Assembly (NCBI GenBank): GCA_964016885.1
Contig: OZ024743.1
Span: 40,052,001-40,116,000, forward strand
From: Eledone cirrhosa
Taxonomy: Eukaryota
Length of the DNA stretch: 64,000 nucleotides
Reading direction: 5' to 3'
Shown here: positions 40,054-52,394 of the stretch, piece after piece
How the letters are laid out: the number at the start of each line of letters is the position of its first letter
How positions within the stretch are numbered: the first letter of the stretch is position 1
The notes under the pieces: model-generated
Databases searched by the model: none
What the model was told of the DNA's origin: nothing
Seen by the model: the letters and a program-made list of their open reading frames with translations, nothing else
Translations under genes and position numbers: made by a program

Positions 40054-40113
40054 TTTATCTGAAGAGGGCATACCATATTTTTAATATGATATCCCTGAAA
40101 TATGTATAATGAA
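40054..40113 (+). ncRNA. Type-I hammerhead ribozyme in the inverted pLTR
   Basis: tttat-CTGAAGA(40059-40065)-ggg..ccct-GAAA(40097-40100)-tatgta-TA-atgaa. Confidence 0.8.
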
Positions 40114-40241
40114 ATAAATATGGTTTTATAAATGTAATTTCCATTTGTTTAATATCGTAAAATACTCCAAAACCTGTTGAGTGCTTTATATCAGTTATAA
40201 AATATTTACTCGTTGTAACCCAACATTTTAAATAAAATTGT

Positions 40242-40290
<49 letters not shown>

Positions 40291-40346
40291 GTCGTAAAAT
40301 AAGAAAATTTAAACAATTAAAAATCAACTTACTTACTAAAATATTC

Positions 40347-40428
40347 ACTCCAACTAATTAGTTTCTGTTTGGGGATAAATATAGTTACATAATATAACTA
40401 TAGAGAATTCCATACGTCATCAGGGAGT
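40347..40428 (-). ncRNA. Type-I hammerhead ribozyme, intact core (GUU site)
   Basis: Minus strand reads actcc-CTGATGA-[long stem II incl. tatagtta/taactata]-GAAA-ctaattag-TT-ggagt. Confidence 0.8.
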
Positions 40429-40781
40429 CTATTCTCAGCTAAGTTCTCAGGCGATGCGCGGACACTAGGAACTCATATAAAAATAATAATAATTCAGTGG
40501 ATGGAATAAGGCTAGCGAGGACTAAATTCCGGAGCACTGAAAAAATTCACTGCCTCTGGTCAGTGGCAGATTCTAAAGAATCAATCACGTGACACTGAGG
40601 TTAATCAGTTAGGAGCGGGGTGGTATTATGACAAGAGCCTACTACTACCACGAATCAGCAGTAAATTTTGGCAAGTTTTGCTCAACAAATAATTTGGAGA
40701 TAAATATAGAGAATTAGTACATTTACCAACATATGTGTACAGATGTTCACCTATGCTAGCAAATATATATGTTATGTCTTA

Positions 40782-40870
<89 letters not shown>

Positions 40871-41499
40871 CATATATATATATAGATATATATACATATA
40901 TATACATATATATATACACATACATATATATACATATATATGTAGATATATGTATATATATATATATACATAGTAATAATAATAAATGTGAAGACTAAAA
41001 TCCAAAGAGGGCTCGATAAGGATAAACATATATCAAATATATGAGAACCATAGAGCAAATATTTATTAAAATAACAGATTAAAGTTTGAGCAAAGAATCG
41101 CTGCTTTCACCCTTAACTGGATCCTCTGAAACTAACAAAATCAATCTGTAAACGCAGAAGTGGATATTTCAAAAAACGTTGCAACCGTTTTTTGAAATAT
41201 CAACTTCTGCGTTTACAGATTGACTTTGTTAGTTTCAGAGGATCCCGTTAAGGGTGAAAGCAGCGATTCTTTGCTTAAACTTTAATCTGTTCTTTTAATA
41301 AATATATATATCCCTATATATATACATATATATACAAACATATATATATACATATATATACATACATATATATATACAAACAAAACAAGACCACAAATTT
41401 GACAAGGAAGACATTATTAAAAAATTGTCAACATATTTTAATTTGATGTAACGAATGTATAGAATAATAATAATAATAATATTAATAATAATAATGTCC

Positions 41500-41618
41500 G
41501 TTTACAATTGTTTCGCTACTCCATATAATATTCCTGGATCAAATGAATATATATCATTATTGATCTGGTTCAGGTGAAAATAATTAACATAATTAAAGAT
41601 AGAGCGGCTCATCGGAAC
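41500..41618 (-). ncRNA. Type-I hammerhead ribozyme, CCGAUGA core variant
   Basis: Minus strand reads gtt-CCGATGA-gccgctctat...atggagtagc-GAAA-caattg-TA-aac. Confidence 0.72.
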
Positions 41619-42372
41619 TTCAAAGGAATATATATTAAAATAAGGTAAGAAGGTTACATAATGTACTGTTCCATATATTGGTATATCCTTATGGTGTCCT
41701 GGGTGTATCAATTGTCTGCCATAATCAAGCAGTATTCTTCTTTCGAGGCTGCATTGTGTGAGATCTGCCTATGGGTAACAACATGGCCGCCATATTTACC
41801 TTATTAATTAGAGGGTGCTTTCAGGGCAGGTAACTCCTCGAGAGATTAGAAATTGTGGCTAGTTAAGTGCTAATTTTTTAAATTTTTTAATTGAGAGACA
41901 ATGCAGGGGAGGTAACGATAGAACGGAGGTAACTATAAGCTGTCAACATCGAAGGGCTAATTCCTTCGCTAACAGAATATGTGATCCAACATATTCATCT
42001 ACCCCCATTTTTACTTGTAGCTAATAAGTTAAATAGTTATAACTAACTTAGACAATTATAAGTTACCTCCCCTACATTTTCTCTCAATTAAAAAATTAAA
42101 AAATTAGGACTTAACTATAAACTACCCACAATTTCTAATCTCTCGAGGAGTTACCTCCCCTGAAACCACCCTCTAATTAGTAAGGTAAATATGCCCATTG
42201 GCGGCCATCTTATTACCCATAGGCAGATCTCACACAAGGAAGCCTCGACAGAAGAATACTGCTTCATTATGGTAGACAATTGATACACCTAGGACACCAT
42301 AGTGAAATACCAATATATGGAACACTACATTATGTAACATTCTTTCCTTATTTTAATTTATATTCCTTTGAA

Positions 42373-42471
42373 GTTCCGATGAGCCGCTCTATGTTTAATT
42401 TTGTTACTCAATAATGATATATAGTCATGTGATCCAGAAATATTATATGGAGTAGCGAAACAATTGTAAAC
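42373..42471 (+). ncRNA. Type-I hammerhead ribozyme, CCGAUGA core variant
   Basis: gtt-CCGATGA(42376-42382)-gccgctctat...atggagtagc-GAAA(42457-42460)-caattg-TA-aac. Confidence 0.72.
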
Positions 42472-43035
42472 GGACATTATTATTATTCTATACATTCCTT
42501 AGATCAAACTAAATATGTTAACAACAATCTTTTAGTAATGTCTTCCTTGTGAAATGTGTGGTCTTGTTTTGCTTAACTAATGAATATTTCCAGCTCTGTG
42601 CGCCTACCTTCTGCATGAACCCAGCCACCTAGCTGCTTTCCACTGCATATTGCATCACGTGACATCGAGGTAAATCAGTGAGGAGTGGGGTGTTAAGAAG
42701 ACAGTAGCCGAACTATTACTATGAACTATAGTAGCACTTTTGGCAAATTTTTGCTCAACAAAATAATTTGGAGATAATTTGTTGAACAAAAATTTGCCAA
42801 AAGTGCTACTATAGTTCATAGTAATAGTTCGGCTACTGTCTCCTTAACACCCACTCCTCACTGATTAACCTCGATGTCACGTCATTGATTCTTTTGAATT
42901 TGCCACCGACCAAGTAGGCAGTGATTTTTTCAATGTCTTGGAATTTAGTCCTCGCTTGCTTTTTTCCATGCACTGAATTATTTTTGTATAAGTTCCCTGT
43001 GTCCACGCATCGCCTGGGAACTTAGCTCAGAATTG

Positions 43036-43119
43036 ACTTCCTGATGACGAAAGGCATTCTCCATGTTGTTCCATTCGGAAACCATGTTTATTCCCTTTCA
43101 GAAACTAATTAGCTGGAGT
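43036..43119 (+). ncRNA. Type-I hammerhead ribozyme (U16.1>C, probably inactive copy)
   Basis: acttc-CTGATGA-cgaaagg..cctttca-GAAA-ctaattag-CT-ggagt. Confidence 0.72.
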
Positions 43120-43156
43120 AAGTAAGCTAATTTTTATAATTTTCTTATTTTACGTC

Positions 43157-43245
<89 letters not shown>

Positions 43246-44455
43246 ATGATAGTAACAAACACGGAATATATATCACTACAGCATCATTATTTATTTCATT
43301 ATATATATTTCAGGGATGGCGGGAAAGAGTAAGTGCGTGCGGGTCTATGTGTATGTTTGCGAGTGAAAAATAATGTGTTGGGAGGGACAACCACAGATTT
43401 GTCCTGGTATTTATTATTCGACTTCGAAAGGATGGAATGAGAAGATGTTCTCGACGAGATTTAAACGCAGAGAGCTGAAACGTGCCACTGAAGCTTTCTA
43501 TCCGATCTTCTATATATTTTTCATTATAGTGTATATTATTAATTGTAGCTTATATATAGTAGACGTTTGTATTACATTAATTGCATATGTATTGTATATA
43601 TTGTAATATAATTCACAAATGGTAATCTATAGATTTTAGGAAGACCTGGTTATCGATATGAGGTAACATTGACTTCTTTTTCTTTTTCTTTATTTTTACA
43701 AAGACATTGATTCTGCTCTGCAAATTCGAATTTCTATCACTTTAGGTTTTGTATAATCAGCATTAGGTTCGAGAATTTCTCCTTACATTATTATTATCCA
43801 TTTTTTCGTCATATAATTACCAGTCTAATGAATATATTTAAATATATTTAAGGTAATTAAATATCTGATCCAGACATCCAAAACAATGCGAAGGTACGTA
43901 TTAGAACGGATGTAATAATGTAGCAACCAATTACTTTCATGTAAAACTTCTACTAAAAAAAAATAAATGTAACCACATAATAAACTCCTGTGTTTTATCA
44001 TATGGGCTAACTTAAGGGACGGCAACAGAGGGGATATGGCCAAAACAGGTGCACAGATTTTCATATTTAAGATATGATACGAAATATATATAGACCATTT
44101 CCAAATTCTAAAAATGTACCGAAAGTACTTCGTCGCAAAAGAAAAGGTTGTTTATCATTGGCCTAAAACAATCTATGCAAACATTTAAACAGTAGGAATA
44201 TCTTTTTTTTACTTTATCATATTATTTCAGTTATTTTCTGGTTTTCTTTTCAAGATCCCTTCTGATCATCAGTTATATAAACCACAGAATATAGATGCAT
44301 GACAATTACAAATACCAGAACAAGAGGACAGAATCACAGAAAAATAATTTCGCATTGATTTATAGGAATATGTGTTATTACGGAATATGGATATATCATT
44401 AATATAAATACAATATAGTCAAAATAAATGCAGAGTTTTGTATATAATTAATACA

Positions 44456-44500
<45 letters not shown>

Positions 44501-44587
44501 TATATCTCTAATGACTTGATTTTTTATTTCATTGTTTTAACTTATGTATATATATATATATTTATGTGTGTGTGTGGGGGGTGTATG

Positions 44588-44620
<33 letters not shown>

Positions 44621-44650
44621 AAATGTATATGTGTGTATGGGGGGGGAGGT

Positions 44651-44698
<48 letters not shown>

Positions 44699-47473
44699 AT
44701 TATGCCATACATACCTACCTAAAATTGCATGCCTATGAATACATTTTTCCTCCTATTTATAGGCAAGCATATTGTTCGCATATAGTTGCTATATACAAAT
44801 GAGGAAAATCTTTAAAATTTGTGGACATTCTTATTAGATTAAAAATATAAACTGATGTTTCAAAGAGCATATCAGAATATGTCCTTTGATTCGTTTATAT
44901 GGTTGCGTCCTTAGATGGTGACCACTCTGGAGCACCGCCTTCAAGACATTCAACCAATCTCCGCGACACCAATATTCATTATATAAATGCTTGTATTTGT
45001 TTTATCGATGTCTAATTGTATGATATATCTTTAGTATTTATGGGATACCCATCAACATCAAATGTAGAAACAAATATGGATATATACACACAGATATATA
45101 TATATATATTGTTTCTGTCTCCTAAGCTCCACTCACAAGACATTGATGAACACAAACTATTATAGAAGTAATTTTTCCAATTGCTAGTCAGTATGCCTAA
45201 ACAGGTCACCTCATGGTTGAGAAATGAACTGCTTAACCATATCTGCTCAAATATTGGTTAGGTGTAGCGACTACAATTGGTTTAATGATTTTTGTGTATA
45301 TTACTGTAAATGCATTTATAAAATTTCCATACTAGTGCTTTCTGTTTGTATTTGATTTAGAATAGGTATATCGTAACCCCGCCTGTGTAAAGAAACGGAT
45401 AAAATAATTAGTATCAAGAATGGCATATATCTGACTGTAAAAGACTCTCTGATAAACGTCACCCGGATGATAATGAAACCTGCCTAACATGGGATCCAGA
45501 CATCTAGCCCCTGCGTTAGCAGTTAAAATCACCTCACTAACATCGTATTGCATATGTCCTTGTGTGTGGTGGTACGTGTGTGTATGTGTGAGTATTTGTG
45601 TATGTGCATGTGTGTATGCGTGTGTGTCTGTGTATGTGTATGTGTGTGTATACTGTTGATATGTGTAACTAGCATGAGTCACTCCAGTCTGAGCAAACAA
45701 TAATTAGATTAAAAAAACAATCTCGTCATTATTTCAGTAATTGTATATCTAGGAATACATCTTTGAATGCGCTGATTACCTATGTAGAGGATACGTTTAA
45801 ATTTCGAGACATTTAACTGCTAATTCTCTCATGTCAACCAACAATGTTGAGAGTTTTTGTATGATACATACAATGACGAGACAAGTTGGATATGTACTTT
45901 CTCTTATCACTTTCTATAAAATACTACAACTTTCGAACGAGCTACGTTACAATAGGCCGTTCGTCAGTTGATTTGTTCGCAAGTTGAGCCTGTTACACAG
46001 TAGGTACCAGTAAGCCCATATAAGTTACATTGATACTGCTTGTTTCCATATAAGTTATATATTTACAGTATACAGAGGTATAGCTAACATGCAATAATTA
46101 ATTTATATACAGTATAACTAATAACAATAAATTATAAAATATAAAATCATAATTTTTAGTTCTGTAAATTCTGTTCGTATCAACGGAAATTCGTAAGGTG
46201 GGGACTTACTGTATGTATTACTTAATAAGACACGAAGCCTTCATAATTACAATCTAGAGTTAATGTGGTACGTGGACGGTGACATACTGAATTGTGTTGT
46301 CGATACATTCCCAACTTGCTTTTAGATGGAAGATACAACAGAGAGGTGATTGATAGCGACACTCTCTCAAACACAAAATTAATAAAAAAGAATAACTTCT
46401 GAGAATTAAGAATTATCATCGTAAATTTGTCAGTATCCTACGTTGAAAATATGATGATGGCAACATATTGAATATCGTAGAATATTCCCAGTTAAAGGAA
46501 AATAGACTAGATAAGTTCTCAAAAGAAAGGGGAAGATTCTTTCAAGAATTTAAGAATTTATTTCGCAGAAATCATTGTGAATTCAACCGAGGTTATCCGA
46601 TAACATACCTCTTTGATGATTGAGTAATTTAATTTCAACAGTTTAACTTAAGAGATTTAAATAACATTCCACTTGCTTTTTTTCATCAGCAGTTTATTTG
46701 TCTACAGCACATTTGACAACACACTAACATAATTACTTTTCGTTTTATTTATGGCGAAGTAATAATGTCACATAGAAACAACAGCGAAACCAGCGTAATT
46801 TGTTTTCTCTTACTACCATCGCCATTTTTGTCTCTAAAACAAAACGCAAACACTAAAAATAACATCTTGTGTAGAGTAAGTTCGAGCAAATGTAAAATTA
46901 TAATATTTCTTCCTCTTAAACTCAATAAAAGAGAACTAGTAAGCATTTATTTAGGAGACTAACATTACGGAAACCAATTTACATTATGAAATTTACTTTG
47001 ATCTACGGAGCGAAGGAAATATCATGGCAGACTTCTATCATCTTATGTTTCGTAGAATTTCCTGGCTAAGATTTAAAGGTATCTCATTCCAGCTGAAATG
47101 ATACTCTGATATTGATTCCACTGATATTACTTCAAACATAATTATCATAATTTTTATTATATTTCAAGTGCTTTTATGTATAGAGAGTAGATGCAAGCTT
47201 TAAATTATTTGGCCTGTCTCACAAAAACAGGAAACTTTAGAGACAGCAGTGTTGTTCGCGTGATTCATCTGGTCGACAAGCAGTGTGACAGGGTAGTATG
47301 TGTGACATTGCCACACCATTCTACACAGGTATGCACCAAAAATTTTACCTGGTAAAGGCACAAAAAACTGCAAGTTCAAAACAGAGACCTAATTTCATGT
47401 AAAAATGTATACAGACACATACATACACACACAAAGACACACACACACACCCACACACACACAAGACACACAC

Positions 47474-47513
<40 letters not shown>

Positions 47514-47919
47514 TGAGAGAGAGAGCGAGAGAGGGAGAGAGATAAAAATATAGAGAGAGGGGCAGAGAGATAGCGAGAGAGAAACAGAGAGAAACAGAGA
47601 GAGAGAAAGAGTGAGAGAGTGAGAGAGGGAGAGAGATATGTAAAATCCCGATCGCAGGGCTAAACTGTTTCGGCTGGCTGAACAAACAACGCTTAACCGC
47701 TTAATGCCGCTATACTTACTCTGCATTTCGCCATTCATTGATTACTACCATGATTAGTGTTATTCTCGGCCTCAGGACCACAGACACTATAGTTATATAT
47801 GTATATATATATATATAGGCCAATGCAAGAGCAAGAATGACTAAATAATTGCAAACGAATCGAAAATTATTATTACTATTCGAGAAACTCAGATTATCTT
47901 TACTATATATATAAATATG

Positions 47920-48045
<126 letters not shown>

Positions 48046-48239
48046 TATATAATAAATATATAATATTATTATAAATAAATCATATATTATATATATATAT
48101 ATATATTTATTAAAATTACAGATTAAATCTGTTATTTTAATAAATATTTGCTCTACGGTTCTTATATATTTGATATATATTTATCCTTATCGAGCCCTTT
48201 TTGGATTTTAGTCTTCAAATTTATTATTATTACTATATT

Positions 48240-48297
<58 letters not shown>

Positions 48298-48335
48298 GGG
48301 GGGGGGGGGGGTGTATGTATACACAAATCATATGT

Positions 48336-48395
<60 letters not shown>

Positions 48396-48968
48396 ATGTG
48401 TACAGAAATCATATATTATATATTTATTTTATATATATTTATATTTATATATATACTAATTTATATATATACTAATTTTATATATATTTATATTTATATA
48501 TATACTAATTTTCATTTAGTCCAGAATTAGCCGTCGAAACGGCTTGAGCTCAGCTGTCGGGGTCTTACTGGTTCCTATTACCCACTCTACTACCTCAAGT
48601 ATTGAGTACTTTGGTGCGTTATGGTCCACCTGGTTCCTTACCACATTTCCTTCGTTATATATATATATATATACAATACAGTATGTCCATAGAATCATTT
48701 GATAAAATATATACACCATTGCCTCTCCCAATCAGCATAATCAACCACACAAAGAACCAATTAAACCAGGCTATAAGATTAAAAGACAACTATGAAGAAA
48801 TAATAGATAAATAAATGACAGCTATCTATTCGCGATCAACAACCATAAAGTATTTACCCAGCATTTCCAATAGCACGTGGGAATCGATTAAATATATCGT
48901 CAACCATACACAATTAGGTATAAAATCAAAGTTAGAAGAAAAAATGTATATAAACATAAGAAAATTAG

Positions 48969-49050
48969 GTCTCTACCGCACCGATTTTGATTCGCTTTTG
49001 GAAATATCCGATCAAGGATATATTCATAAGCTTCGAAATCATCAGGAAAC
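48969..49050 (-). ncRNA. Type-I hammerhead ribozyme (GAAA>CAAA)
   Basis: Minus strand reads gtttc-CTGATGA-tttcg...cgaat-CAAA-atcggtgcgg-TA-gagac. Confidence 0.6.
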
Positions 49051-49404
49051 AAACTCACTTAACAAATGATTCTATGCACATACTTTATTGTATATTGCTC
49101 TGATTGTTGATTATTTAATTAATTAAATCTTCATTGAGCCACATCGTGAATGGTTGTCAAAAACATATATATATATAACTTTCTCTAGTTTGTGTATATG
49201 TAAATATTTATATTTAATAATCTCCTATATGATTGAAATGCTATTTAGGCAATATTAGGCTGCGCTTTCTAGCAACCAGCCCACTCGCGTAAGGCACCAA
49301 TCACATTCTTTCTGACTTGACCACTGCCACGTCACAGTTCTTAGCCATTTTGAATTCGTTTCTGCCGGGGATCTTTTAAGAAAAATCTTCGTCCAAGTGA
49401 GTTT

Positions 49405-49486
49405 GCTCCCTAATGATTTTGAAGCTCGTGAATTTATCTTTGATCGGATATTTCCAAAAGCGAATGAAACTCCGTGGTGTAGAAAT
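49405..49486 (+). ncRNA. Type-I hammerhead ribozyme (CTAATGA core)
   Basis: gctcc-CTAATGA-ttttg...cgaat-GAAA-ctccgtggtg-TA-gaaat. Confidence 0.6.
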
Positions 49487-49906
49487 TTAATGTTGTTATG
49501 TTTATATACATTTTTTCTTCTAACTTTGATTTTATACCTAATTGTGTATGGTTGACAATATATTTAATCGATTCCCACGTGCTATTGGAAATGCTGGGTA
49601 TATACTCTATGGCTGTTGATCGCGAATAGATAGCTGTCGTTTATTTATCTATTATTTCTTCATAGGTGTCTTTTAATATTATATCCTGGTTCAATTGTTT
49701 TTTTTGTGTTGTTGATTATGCTGATTGGGAGAGGAAATGGTGTATATATTTTATCAAATGATTCTATGGACATACGTTATTGTATATTGCTCTGATTGAT
49801 GATTATTTAATTAATTAATTCGTCATTGAGCCACATCGTGAATGGTTGCCGAAAACATATATGTATATCTATGACTTTCTCTAGTTTGTGTATATGTAAA
49901 TCTTTA

Positions 49907-49954
<48 letters not shown>

Positions 49955-50397
49955 CATGTGTGTGTGGGGGTGGGTGCGTGTGTGTGTGTGTGCATATGCT
50001 TTGTTTCACTCAGCTGAGGCAATAATAAATTGTATCTTCAATTCAAAGGGTCAGTCATGATCTACTTTATAGTTTCACATAACTATAGTATGCTTAGGAT
50101 GTTGTATATTGCTTTCAAGAGAAGGCTGCTCCACTGATCGAACAATTAGAACCTTCATCATCCAAATCGATGGCGTTCCAACATATCGTGTTCGTTTTAC
50201 AACTTTTCTCCACTGTAGAGCGTTATTAGATCATACTAATTATAAAAAGTTATTTGTTGGAAATATACGACTGCTATTTGAGGGAAGCAGGAAATTATGT
50301 TGGTTAAAAATTGGCGTCCACTCAAATGGATTTTCATATGAGATTCAAGAATAAATCTTCTATTGTAGAGGTTTACAATGAACATATATATGTTTGT

Positions 50398-50660
<263 letters not shown>

Positions 50661-51252
50661 TGTATGTGTGTGTATGTTTATGTTGTGTTTGTATGCAATT
50701 ACATAATTTAGTTTACTAAATTATTGGACATCATAACATGTAAATTCTATGACAAATTATATTTCCTCTTTTGTTATTAAAATCTATTCAAAATCCGATA
50801 GAGCATTCAATAGATTTTTGGTATGTAAGATCAGAAATGACGCCAACTTATGTCAGCAGGAAATAATGGAATGTCATAGAGAGAAATATTCTTACGTGCA
50901 AAGAAAACAAATACTCTACAAATATACCGAGGTTTTCTTTCCTCTCTCAGAAAACACCTAGTTTATAACAGTGTTCATCAATATTGTATATGTTTCTTAT
51001 AGATAATCATTCAAATATCATATATCATTTATTCAATTCCCTGTATCATATTTCCCAATATATTGTGTGGATTTCTTTCTATAAAAAAATCAGCATATTG
51101 TAGCATTATATATTTAAATACACGTTACGTTCACAATGCTCATAGACATCGTTCTCTGATTTACGATACATCTATATATCCTTTTTTATTTACCATTTAT
51201 CTCATCGGTGAATTGTATTGCATATTCGTCGCAACTAAGAATTTATGTATGA

Positions 51253-51332
<80 letters not shown>

Positions 51333-51342
51333 TTACATATAA

Positions 51343-51422
<80 letters not shown>

Positions 51423-52394
51423 GACACATATATATATATATATATATTGTTGTACTTTGGGAGGGTTATGCTGCCAATAAAAACACACGCACCTGTTAGT
51501 TTTCACTTCAATCTATTATAAATTTACGGTATGTTGGTTGGTTTGATAACCGGATTGTTGATAATATTTTTTCAACGGTATTTCGTCACACATTCTGTGA
51601 ACTCCGCAGTGACTGTTTTTATTTTATTTTGTATCTCCATTGATCTGTCCAACTACATCTTATTTTCGTGTGTTGTGTGTCATCGAACCAACCAATGGGA
51701 AATTTATAATAAATTGAATTGAAAACTAACAAGTGCATGTGTTTTTCTTGGCAGCATGACCTTCCAAAAGTATAAAAAATATCTGTTTGAACGGATATTT
51801 TCAGATAAGATATCTCGCAAAACGAATTCAAGAACGAAGCATATATATATATATAGGAGAGTATTTCACGCGCACGCGCGTTCTGCTGAATACCTCAGAT
51901 ATTCAAAACAACGAACAGCGCAGGACACGTTCCGCACCCTTCCGACAGACCCCCCCCCCCCGAAAAAACCCCAGTTGATGGATGTGAATCCGAAATATAT
52001 AGGGACAATTAAATCTCTGCCAAGTTAACTCTTTCTCATGTTGTTATTTTTATTTTTATCCTTTTACGCCCATTCCTTCATTCCTCTACACGTTACAGTC
52101 TTATACACGCCACGCTTGTCAACGTACACCCACTTACATCTCTCTCTCCACCACTGGATCTTGTTACCCGGAGATTTACCCATCTGCATTGTCGAGGCTT
52201 CCAAACGACTTAAAGAAATTTACCTTATTATTCCACAATGCTTCAAGCTAACTTCAATACTCTCCTATATATATATATATTTCCTTACCTTATAAAATTA
52301 TATGTTTTTTCACAAAAAAGTATTCTCTCTATAACCTTCATTTTGTGTAGAAACTTACACTTTTCATATATACTAACCTACGCAAATCCGGAAA

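Larger units (their letters stand above)
40285..43161. mobile_element. Composite non-coding fold-back structure with four hammerheads (nested inverted repeats)
   Basis: Inverted-repeat pairs: 40285-40703/42778-43161, 41059-41178/41186-41305, 41381-41916/42062-42571 and 42657-42763/42778-42883. Bounded by (TA)n. Confidence 0.8.
48675..49910. mobile_element. Non-coding fold-back element: inverted repeat 48675-49061/49396-49785 plus direct repeat 49063-49210/49755-49910, with an HHR in each IR arm
   Basis: Arms are reverse-complementary by eye (e.g. gcacgtgggaatcgattaaatat / atatttaatcgattcccacgtgc). Flanked by (TA)n. Confidence 0.85.

Noticed and set aside
51795-51835. CAGAT(A/G)A-gatatctc-GCAAAA motif in the Neptune pLTR pieces as a second HHR
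   Set aside because: Both core strands deviate in both copies, and stems I and III are unconvincing.
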